Shown: positions 24,968 through 37,300 of the stretch, piece after piece
Layout of the letters: the number at the start of each line of letters is the position of its first letter
Position numbering within the stretch: position 1 is the stretch's first letter
From: Octopus bimaculoides
Taxonomy: Eukaryota
NCBI RefSeq assembly: GCF_001194135.2
Contig: NC_068982.1
Span: forward strand, 144,009,536 to 144,067,548
DNA length: 58,013 bases
Direction of reading: 5' to 3'
Made by a program: the position numbers and the translations under genes
Notes under the pieces: generated by a model
Told to the model about the DNA's origin: nothing
What the model saw: only the letters and a program-made list of their open reading frames with translations
Databases searched by the model: none

Positions 24968-27280
24968 CTATATTTCTCATTCTCTTTTTAACTGTTTTAA
25001 TGCTGAACACAAATCTATGAAGCTTAAATATATAGACAAAAAATTTTCATATCTGATCTAAAGAAAGGATACGTGCTCATATCCTTCACAGTCAATCCAA
25101 GACTGGTGAAGCCAATATGGGTGATATTCTTTTTAAACAATTGCAAGTTGATTACTGCAGAAAAAACATGGACAGAAGGAAATTCCAAGAAACTGACATT
25201 CTTGGCTGGGAAAACTGAGTAAAAGGGTTAGTATGGAACCTGGAACAGATGCAATATGGATAATGTGTGGAGGAGAGATATATGAGTTAGGTGGGCTTGA
25301 GAAGAAATGATTCAAGATGAGATAGCCCCATGGAGGTCAGAGGGTGGAATGTGTTAGTGAGCAACTTTCAGCCAGTCAAGGATATCTCTGTGCAATAGTA
25401 GGGATATCATTTTATTGTAGGTCTCACTTGAGCTTTGTCTTAGGTTACTAATCACTGGGAGCTGAAATGTTTCCTAACCCTGAAGTAGAAAGTTAGTGAT
25501 ATGGGCTTAGTTATGTAGAGGATGAGTGATTGCCAAGAAAGATCATCAGTGATGGTAAGGCCTATTTTCAAATTGAGAGCAACTTCATATTTGATATGTG
25601 TATGTGTAAAAAGCCTGTATTTATTTCTGCTTTCTGGAGCATTAAGTAGGCATGAGATAAATCTCTCTTTAGATCGAACATAAGCTTATCATGGATAGCT
25701 TTTTCACACAGAAAGAACAACTCAGTTATGCAAGTTAACAAATCCACTCCACTTCACAATGCTGCTGCTCACATCAGCCTTCACTGCATCCTTACATCTA
25801 ACAGCAACAAGCATAGCTGTGTATCTAAGAAATTTGTGTTTGGTTTCTGGTTCAGTCCCACTGCATAGCACAACCTTAAGTCAATCAAAGCCTTGTGAAT
25901 GACAGTTGGTAGAAACTGTGTGAAAAGCTGTTAGGGGAATCCTTCCTGTTCTTGAGTTGAGGTTGGGGTGATTAGACATATCCTGTTACTCAATTTAACA
26001 CCACTACATGATGCATATATCTCTTTAGAATTCTATGCTCAGGTCAGGTTTGGAAATCCTGCTACTGGCACCATGTAATCCAGTACTATCAGTTTCATGG
26101 TTGGGTGGTCAGCAACTAAACCAGCTCACTAACTTGTCAGATGAGGAGGGTGTTGTGAACACTTTGCCAGACTAAAAACGAGACCTGTCAAAGGACAGAT
26201 GATCTCATGCTGAGCCAACAACCATTCACGTGAGTGGTGTCTCATGAAACCATCCTGCATGTGGGCTGGCAAACCATGTAGCTGATCCAAGATTGTAGCC
26301 ATAAAAACTTCAATGAAAAGCATACTGTACTTTCAAGTTGGGGTGGATGTCCATGAAGGATGTGACATGGAGCAAAGAAAAAGCATTCTGTACAAACATT
26401 ATAGCCTGGTCTGTGATTTTCCTTTCACCAATTTTCAAGACCGTGAAAAGGTTACAGATGTTTCACTTCTTCCTGACTAAACCATTAAAAGAACAGCAGA
26501 CTTGACTGGTGAAATTTAAATATTTTAGCCAAAGGTCTCATGTTTTGCCACCTCTTGGCTGGTTGATTGTTACATTATCAACTTGTCTTCCTTTGCTCTC
26601 TTTTCCTAAGCTTTTTTTACCTTGTTTTATCTCTTAAAAAAAAAAACTGGCACTCTGTCAGTTACAATGACAAGTTTGGTCTGATCAACGGAAGAGCCTG
26701 CTCATGTAATTAATATGCAAGTGGATGAGCACTCCACAGGCATGTGTGTCCTTAATGTAGTTCCCAGGGAGATTTAGCATGACACAGAATGTGACAAGGC
26801 TGGCCCTTTGAAATACAGGTGCAACTCCTTTTTGCCAGTTGAGTAATCTGGAGCAACATGAAATAAAGTGTCTTGCTCAAGGACACAATGTGCCACTGGG
26901 TATCGAACTCATGACCTTATGATCATGAACCAAATACCCTAACCACTAAGCCATGCTCCTTCACTTTGTTTTATTTTAATACTGAGCATGTTGTCCTAAC
27001 ATCCAACACTTAAGATATATGTCCCCACCATCGCCACCACCACCATTTCAGTAATACTCTTTTACTCTACTCTTACTCTTTTACTTGTTTCAGTCATTTG
27101 ACTGTGGCCATGCTGGAGCACTGCCCTTAGTCGAGCAAATCGCCCCCCAGGACTTATTCTTTGGATGCCTAGTACTTATTCTATCGGTCTCTTTTGCCGA
27201 ACCGCTAAGTTACAGGGACGTAAACACACCAGCATCGGTTGTCAAGCGATGTTGTGGGGGACAAACACAGACACACACAT

Positions 27281-27317
<37 letters not shown>

Positions 27318-30300
27318 NNNNNNNNNNNNNNNNNNNNNNNNNNNNNNNNNNNNNNNNNNNNNNNNNNNNNNNNNNNNNNNNNNNNNNNNNNNNNNNNNNN
27401 NNNNNATACATATATACGACGTGCTTCTTTCAGTTTCCGTCTACCAAATCCACTCACAAGGCTTTGGCCGGCCCGAGGCTATAGTAGAAGACACTTGCCC
27501 AAGGTGCCACACAGTGGGAATGAACCCTGGAACAATGTGGCTGGTAAGCAAGCTAGTTACCACACAGCCACTCCTGCGCCTGTATGTAATGTTAGTATTT
27601 TGTATCTTTATGTTCTTGAATTTTTAAAATATGATAGATAAGTACGATACAACTTTGTATTTCATCTTTCATGACTAGGATCACCAGTTATTGCCTGAAG
27701 AATCCTCAGAACGATTTTACACAAGTGAAGAACGTAAAGATTGGTATCGTAAAAGGAAACAACTACATCAACTAAAGAGAGAAGAACGAGGCAATATGAA
27801 GAAACGAAAATTTTTAAAATTTGAAGAGGTGAGTATCTGTTTTATTTATTAAGTTTAGCAAAGCTTTATGAAGATGAGAGTATCTACCAAATCCATGTCA
27901 CTCCAGAGTTATACATCTTCAGCCATGAGGTAATATTACCTTGCTTGGAAAGAGGTGACGGCTGGTGAAATGAATGGTATCTGACTATAGAGAATTTATC
28001 CCAACAAAGTATCTACGAAATCCATGTCACCCCAGAGTTATACATTAAAACATTTGCCCGAGGAGTCACCAAGTGAGGCCAAACCTGAAACCATGTAGTT
28101 CAGAAGTAAACTTCTTGACTACACAGCCATCTTCTGAGGAAACATCTCTAGCCATGAGGTAATATTACCTTGCTTGGAAAGAGGTGAAGGCTGGTGACAT
28201 GAATGGCATCTGGCCATAGAAAATCTACCTCAACAAATTCCATCTGACTCATGCAAGCATGGACAAGTAGACAATAAAACAATGATATGTGTGTGTGTAT
28301 GAGTGGGTCTGTGGTAAGTAGCTTGCTTACCAACCACATGGTTCTGAGTTCAGTCCCACTGCGTGGCACGTTAGGCAAGTGTCTTCTACTATAGCCTTGG
28401 GCCGACCAAAGCCTTGTGAGTGGATTTGGTAGACGGAAACTGAAAGAAGCCTGTCAGATATGTGTGTGTGTGTTTCCCCCCCACCACCACCACCACCACC
28501 ATCGCTTCACAACCGATGTTGGTATGTTTACGTCCCCATAATTTAGCGGTTTGGCAAAAGATACTGTTAGAATAAGTACTAAGCTTACAAAGGATAAATC
28601 CTGGGGTCAATTTGTTCAACTAAAGGCAGTGCTCCAGCATGGCCGCAGTCAAATGACCGAAACAAATAAAAGAATAAAAGAATATATATAGTTAAATTGC
28701 CTAAACNNNNNNNNNNNNNNNNNNNNNNNNNNNNNNNNNNNNNNNNNNNNNNNNNNNNNNNNNNNNNNNNNNNNNNNNNNNNNNNNNNNNNNNNNNNNNN
28801 NNNNNNNNNNNNNNNNNNNNNNNNNNNNNNNNNNNNNNNNNNNNNNNNNNNNNNNNNNNNNNNNNNNNNNNNNNNNNNNNNNNNNNNNNNNNNNNNNNNN
28901 NNNNNNNNNNNNNNNNNNNNNNNNNNNNNNNNNNNNNNNNNNNNNNNNNNNNNNNNNNNNNNNNNNNNNNNNNNNNNNNNNNNNNNNNNNNNNNNNNTAA
29001 TTATAATAATTATTACCTTTGATGGTTTTTATTCCCATGCTGGCCACTTGATAAAATCGATATTTTAAATATTGGTCTTATCCTCATTTATATATATAAA
29101 GATATGAAGTAAAATACATATATTTTTATTATTCATAAATTTATATAACTTTTTTTCTAATAATTACAATGTTTATTATTTCTGAAATGGTCTTCACAGG
29201 AGATCACCATATTGGCAAGCAGTGATGAAGATAAAGGCAATACAGTGCAGGACATCAAAGATTTGGAATTTCGAGTAACACAGGATCTTAACCAGTTGCA
29301 GGTAAATTTGACTGTGATGTGTGTGTGCATGTGCATGCGTATGTGTGTGCATGTGTGTGTGTGTGTGTATGTGTACTGATGCATTACTTTTTCAAATTTC
29401 TTATATGTTTTCACACTGCTTCCTTTGCCCTCTTAACGTGTGCTTTCCTTCGTTTGGTTGGGAGTAAAACAGTTGTTTGGACAGCGAATGCTCTGCCATC
29501 CTCATAGCATGACCAGCTCATCAAAGTTGATGTTGTTAACCATGTTTCTTATTTCTTTAGTGCCTACAAGGGCCTAAACATTGAGGGGACAAACAAGGAC
29601 AGACAAAAGGATTAAGTTGATTACATCGACCCCAGTGCATAACTGGTACTTAATTTATTGACCTTCAAAGGATGAAAGGCAACGTCGACCTCGGTGGAAT
29701 TTGAACTCAGAACATAATGGCAGATGAAATACCGCTAAGCATTTCACCCGGCATGCTAACGTTTCTGCCAGCTCGCTCGCCGCTAACCATGTTTCTACTA
29801 CAGGAAATATCAGCTTGGTCAAGCATGCTGACATTTCTCCATCTATTCTGCTGCTCAGTATGCATGATTTTCATCAGACATCTTTGGTGATAATATTTCG
29901 AATTTATGAAGATATTACCTATAAGGTGACCAGGTTTCAAAACATATAAAAGTGTGAATGCAACAACTACACTATATCCCATATATTTGGTTGTTTGTGT
30001 CAGAGCATGATCCTCACATATCTCCTCATCTTTATCTAAATTTTGTGATAGGTAACAGGCCAGATAAGGAAATGCTCTATACTTTTCACCACTTGTTCTT
30101 GTACCCAAATAGTTGGACCAGCTTCTTACTTAGCGGGTGTTTGTTGATGCAAGACTTTTATTTTATTTTATCTATTTTGAGAGTTTGATTCATGCTCTCA
30201 TATATTTCAATGAAAATACCAGTAACTGTCAATAGTTCTGCTTAAGTCTCAATTACCGCAACATCATCTGCATACTGGAGTTCAGTTTCCAATGTGACCC

Positions 30301-33300
30301 ATGCCAGCATGGAAAATGGGACGTTAAACAATGATTCATCATCATCATCATCACATAACATTTGTTTTCCATGCTGGCATGGGTTGAATGGTTTGACAGG
30401 AGCTGGGCAGTTGGAGAGCTACCCAGGTTCCAGTTGTCTGTTTTGGTATGGTTTCTATGGTTGGATGCCCTTCCTAATGCCAACCACTTTACAGAGTGTA
30501 CTGGGTGCTTTATACGTATAACCAGCTCAGACATTTTTACATAACACTGACATGGGTGCTTTTATATGGCACTGGCACTGGTATGGTTGCCCTTACATGG
30601 CACTGGCACAAGTGCTTTTTACATGACACCTGCACCTGCAAGGTCCTCTCAACTGAGAGAAAGATGTAGAAGACATGCTTTTATGTATGGACAGCCACAG
30701 TTTTACTTAGCTTGACATATCTGCTTAAGCACAGCACACCACCAGAAGTCTCAGTCCCTTGTCATCTCCTCTGTGAGGTCCAACATCTGATTGTGGGTTC
30801 TAATATACCCCCAAGCCAACTAATATCTTTTGAGTAAATCTGGTTGAGGGAAACTGCAAGAAACCTCTCGTGTGTGTGTGTGTGACTGTTGAAATTCCAT
30901 ACTTGTCGCCACTTGAGTGAAATGGTGAGGTTGACATTCCTTGTTGACATTATGACTGGTTGTTCTGTGCTTTTGAAGACTTGTGGCAACTTTTAAGTCA
31001 GATGAAAAGGCATCTGACTGTAAAACATTATCTCAGAAAACCCACCCATGCCAGCATGGAAAAGAAAATGTAAGCTGTTGATGGTGCTCATCATCACAGG
31101 CAGGGATGGAGTACCAGAGGAATGTAGTTAATGTAGTTCTAGTTAGAAACGATTGGGCTGGTCATTTAGCAGAAGATTCATGAAATGAAACAAATAGAGA
31201 GAAGTAAAAACATGAAGTCCAGTAAAGAAATATACAGTCAACAAGTTTAAAGGAGTTGCTGTTGAAACAGAAGAGACAGAGGAAGCATCTTGCTCAAAAA
31301 TAAATGAGCGGTGAGTGAAAGTTTGCAGACATCTTTGTTATATTTTCTGTTTTGGTTGCTGATCAGAATATGTTTCTAAATACTGAGTGTACATAGGCAT
31401 AGGAGTGGCTGTGTGGTAAGTAGCTTGCTTAAGAACCACATGGTTCTGGGTTCAGTCCCACTGCGTGGCACCTTGGGCAAGTGTCTTCTACTATAGCCTT
31501 GGGNNNNNNNNNNCCTTGGGCAAGTGTCTTCTACTATAGCCTTGGGCCGACCAAAGCCTTGTGAGTGGATTTGGTAGACGGAAACTGAAAGAAGCCTGTC
31601 GTTTATATATGTATATGTATATATATGTGTGTGTGTGTTTATGTGTCTGTGTTTGTCCCCCCAACATCACTTGACAACCGATGCTGGTGTGTTTACGTCC
31701 CCGTAACTTAGCGGTTTGGCAAAAGAGACCGATAGAATAAATACTAGGCTTCTGAAGAATAAGTCCTGGGGTCGATTTGCTTGACTAAAGGCGGTGCTCC
31801 AGCATGGCCGCAGTCAAATGACTGAAACAATTAAAAGAGTAAAAGAGAGTACTATCCTAGATATGTGTTCTGTGTTCCAGTGAAAGGCAAACCTTACATC
31901 TTGTCTAATGTCAGCAGTCATTCATAACTGAAGTGTCTTTATGATGCTTTGTGATATAGTAATTTCAATTCCTTATTATTTGTTAGAAGAGATTGGTAGT
32001 CCAAGAAGACAAGTGATATTCCCTCTATTATAGAGTGTTTGTATGTTTTATTTGTTAAATGGGTCTGTGACCATGTGTGGAGAGTAACACATCTGTTATA
32101 TTACTTACAGGAAAGGAGCCATAAGAGCCAGACCTTAGAAATTCGTCAGGTTAACTTGCTAAAGATCATCCTCTGTAGTGGCCTTTATCCCAAAGTTGCT
32201 ATTGCAGATGACTGTAACAACTACAAACCTAATTCAGAACAAGTATTCCATACCAAAGTAAGTTATGAATGCTTCATCATTTTTTTTGAAGAAATTTAAA
32301 TAAAAGTCTGTCAGTTTACCTCTCATTTAGAACACCTGGACCTAGCGGTTATTCTTAAAACATATTTATTACACATACTATCTGAAAGTATTGTATCTAT
32401 TTGTCTGTCTGTCTGTCTGTCTGTCAGTTTATCCCCTCCCTACCTATCTACCCTCCCACCTACCAACCTACACCCATCCATCCATCCATCCATCCATCCA
32501 TCCATCATTCCTAAAATGTTAACCAATTTCATGGCTGAAATGATGTTGCATTGGTCAAAATATTAACTCTTGAATGTTCTTTTTGCCTAGATTTAAAAAC
32601 GATCTATGAGGAGATACTAATCATCATCATCATCATCATCATCGTCGTTTAACGTCTGCTTTCCATGCTAGCATGGGTTGGACGATTTGACTGAGGACTG
32701 GTGAAACCAGATGGCTACACCAGGCTCCAATCTGATTTGGCAGAGTTTCTACAGCTGGATGCTCTTCCTAACGCCAACCACTCAGAGAGTGTAGTGGGTG
32801 CTTTTACGTGCCACTGGCACAAAGACCAGTCGGGCGGTACTCTCTTTAAAAAAAGAAAAAGGAAAATCTAATTAAAAGCATTTCATTAGTTTCATTGTAT
32901 GCTTTGCCATTGTGTGCAGGCTCTGTTTTTGATGATGGCCTACATGTATGTGAAGAGTCCATATTAAATTCTTTATGCACAGAGAGGATGAGTTAATGCA
33001 ACTACAGCAGATTCCCTTACAAACACACTATCTATGAAATAAAGCTCTAATACCGTCTTTAAAACAAAATGCCTTGTAACCCCAATCTGTGAGATATCTG
33101 TTATTTTGATTTTGCAAAATAATTCTTTTTTTTTTTGTAAAATATGCCCCAGCTACCCTTTGGACAACATAACTTCTATGATATCAGAGTGTGTCTCCTT
33201 GGCTCCTTTCATAATGAAAAATATCTCCTATGGTTGTATAGAGTGTACCTTTGCCTATTTCAGAATAAAAGGTCTCCTGTGATAATACAGAATGTTCCTT

Positions 33301-36300
33301 GTTATTGCCATTATAAAACATCTCCTATGATAATGTAGGGTGTACCTCTACCTGTTTCAGACTAAAAGTGACTTCTATAACACAGGGTGTATATTTAACT
33401 GTTTTCAGAATAAAGGCTTCCTTTTACTTCACCCAACATCTGTGTTCTCCAATCAACCAGACCTACTTGAACTTCCAGATAATGATACCAAAGTATACTC
33501 AGGCCAGAAAGGTGTGATGAGTTCTAAACATGAATTGCTATCATTTGTGTAAGTTTTAAACTTTATGAATTTTATTTTCTGATAAAAAGTTTCTACTTTA
33601 TAAAAATGTTTGTCAAGAATGTATAATGGAGACTTGCAGCCAACGATTGAATCTGTTGAATTACACACTTCCAGCTTGTAAAAAAAAGTTTGGGGCAGGG
33701 GGCACATTGGGTAAAATGCAGTCCTGGATAAAGGAAAATAGGAGATGGTCAAGGCTGGGATGTCTTTGATCATAGTTCTGTTCAATCAGTTAACTTGGAG
33801 CTAAACAAGTTAACCTATGATTAAAGATGTTCCAGCTTTGAGCATCCTCTATTTTCCATAATCCAAGATGAACAGGGAGGTGAGGGTGATGGCAATGATA
33901 ATGGTGATGACAGCATATGTAGAACTGTATTTGTGTATTTGATTGGAAGACCAAATCTGTTTAGAGTTGTCTGGATCAAAAAAGGCCAAATTGACAAGAG
34001 AAACATATATATATTATATATTTATATACATATACGTACACAATATTCTTCTTTTAGTTTCCATCTATTAAATCCACTCACAAGGCTTTGGCTGGCCCAA
34101 GGCTATAGTTGAAGACACCTGCTCGAGATGCCTTATGGTGGAACTAAACCCAAGACAATATGGTTTGGAAGTAAGCTTCTTAACTGCACAGCCATGCCTG
34201 TGCCTATGTGTCTATTCATATCAGCACAAAATAATGAATGTAAAATCATGAAAAAAAGAAATAAATGCCCTCATTAATATCAATGTTGATACTAAACATG
34301 TAACAGAGCTTATTGTGTTGTATTTGAAATAACATTGCTTGTTTCTTTATTTTATCTATTGGTTAATCAGTTCCATTCTTGAAACAAATAAACCATACCT
34401 AATGAATGTGATGCGAGTACCAGCTTTGCAAACAACACTGCTATTTTGCTCCAGCCTGGACAGTAATTCACAATGTACCAGGTAAGTGGCAACATTTCAT
34501 TTTACAAAATATTTTGTTTAATTTTTAACTAGAAATCGGTAGAGCACCAGAAAGACTGCCTTGCAATATTCTGTTATAGTCCTGTAAGTTCTGACCACAT
34601 AGAAATCCAGTACAGAAGAGTATAGGGCAGAATTCTATGCAGATGAAATCCGATCCGATCTGATCGATGAAATTATTTCACAAGTATATAAACTATAAAA
34701 TGTAATCCTTAGGGTTACAACCGTTTCACAGCCTTCATCATGTAATAATAGTTTCATTGTATAATAAATTATTTCACATGTCTGCTTTAATATGCATGCT
34801 AATCATTGTACTATTGTATTGCATATGCATAGCATGCATATTAGTGCAGACATGCAAACATAATTTATTAAACACTGAAATTATTATTACATAATGAAGG
34901 CTGTGAAATGGCTGTAATTCTAAGGATAATGAGTGGTTAAAAAAATATATCTATCTCTTTTACCTCATAAATTTTTATGGCTTATATATATATCATCATC
35001 ATCATTTAACGTCTGCTTTCCATGCTAGCATGGGTTGGACGATTTAACTGAGGACTGGCAAACCAGATGGCTACACCAGGCTCCAATTTGATTTGGCAGA
35101 GTTTCTACAGCTGGATGCCCTTCCTAACGCCAACCACTCCGAGAGTGCAGTGGGTGCTTTTATGTGCCACTGGCACGAAGGCCAGTCAGGCGCAGCAAAG
35201 TATATAAGCATTAACAAGAAAACTGACAAACTAGTATTTCATGGAGTCCCTTTAATATATTTGTTTTACATCTAGTTACAGATATTCCTTTGTCCCTCTG
35301 ATATATTGGAAATACAATGAACCAGTGATTGGCATGTTGGTAACCTCTAACCGAAGATACTATTTTTCACTAATTGTATTATAAAGCAAATAAAATAAAA
35401 TCTAACATGTCATGTTAAATAAAATATGATGTTTTAATTTTGCTTCACAGAATAGTGTGTGATAGTTGGCTTGAAATATCATTTGCTGAAGCAGATGTTG
35501 CCCAACACATAATATCAAGTGTTTTGCATCTCAGAGCCGCTTGGAATAATTTACTCAAGTTAAGGCTTGAAGGTGAGTCTTACTTAATTTGTTCATTGCA
35601 TCCTGTGTTGTTCATTATACCTAAAGTGAGAAGACTTACACAATTAGTTCTTTTGTATAGGCATGGGCATGGCTATAGGCATGGGCATGGCTGCATGGTT
35701 AAGAAATTTGTTTCCCAACCAAATGATTTCAGGTTCAGTCCCACGAGATAACCTCTTTGAACAAAAGTCTTGTGAGTGGATTTGGTTGACTGAAATTGAA
35801 AGAAACTTGTCATGTGTGCATCATCATCATCATCATCATCATCGTTTAACGTCCGCTTTCCATGCTAGCATGGGTTGGACGATTTGACTGAGGACTGGTG
35901 AAACCGGATGGCAACACCAGGCTCCAATCTAAATTTGGCAGAGTTTCTACAGCTGGATGCCCTTCCTAACGCCAACCACTCAGAGAGTGTAGTAGGTGCT
36001 TTTACGTGTCACCTGCATGAAGGCCAGTCAGGCGATACTGGCAACGGCCACTCTCGAAATGGTGTCTTTTATGTGCCACCCGCACAAGCCAGTCCAGGGG
36101 CACTGGCAACGATCTCGCTCGAAAATCCTACGAAGGCCAGTCAGGCGGTACTGGCAACGGCCACGCTCAAAATGGTGCATCTTATGTGCCACCCGCACAA
36201 GAGCCAGTCCAGCGGCACTGGCAACGATCTTACTTGGCTTGCCGGGTCTTCTCATGCACAGCACATTTCCAAAGGTCTCGGTCAGTAGTCATCGCCTCAG

Positions 36301-37265
36301 TGAGGCCCAATGTGTATGTATATATATATCCAGCATGGAAAACAGACATTAAATAATGATGATGATAATGAACCTTTGGTTGTTTATTCACCTATCTTCC
36401 TTCTTCCAATGATCAAGCACCGCCACTGGTGCATTTTTGCACCAGTGCCAATAATTTCTTGAATTAACAAAATCAAAAAAACCGTTTTGATTTTTTTCAG
36501 CAACAAATAAAGACGCATCAAGTTATCGAAAATTAGAGCAAGTTTTAGTGAAAAAATTGACTGAATTCCTTAGCAGTAAAGTATTATACAGCATTCGGAG
36601 AATACTGACAGCTGAACTGGAACATCTTTATGTTGGAGCCCAAGTTACAGGTAACAACTGAGAACTTTAAAAATTTTAATTGTTTATTGTTTGCAAAATG
36701 TACCTTGCATTTCTCTTTCTTTGTTTATGTATGTTTTCCTAAGCATTATATATGTACGTGTGTGTGGAAATTAAAATAATTACATAATGGAGGAGTCATG
36801 ACAGATATTTAGAATACACATGTGTATCATTATAGTCAATTTTAGTATTATTTTGTAGAATTGTGTCATACACTTGAGATCAGACTTTTTGATACTTTAT
36901 CACAAAATGCTAATATAGTATAGTAGTGCAGAAGCAGAAATAATGACAGATGTGTGAGTTTTAAAGGAATATATATATATATATANNNNNNNNNNNNNNN
37001 NNNNNNNNNNNNNNNNNNNNNNNNNNNNNNNNNNNNNNNNNNNNNNNNNNNNNNNNNNNNNNNNNNNNNNNNNNNNNNNNNNNNNNNNNNNNNNNNNNNN
37101 NNNNNNNNNNNNNNNNNNNNNNNNNNNNNNNNNNNNNNNNNNNNNNNNNNNNNNNNNNNNNNNNNNNNNNNNNNNNNNNNNNNNNNNNNNNNNNNNNNNN
37201 NNNNNNNNNNNNNNNNNNNNNNNNNNNNNNNNNNNNNNNNNNNNNNNNNNNNNNNNNNNNNNNNN

Positions 37266-37300
<35 letters not shown>

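Noticed and set aside
25000-26500. Mixed-composition intronic stretch that might be an old LINE
   Set aside because: No recognisable motif could be read in any frame; left unannotated.
31474-31545. Direct duplication of ccttgggcaagtgtcttctactatagccttggg
   Set aside because: The two copies flank a 10-N gap, so this is most likely a contig-overlap assembly artefact.
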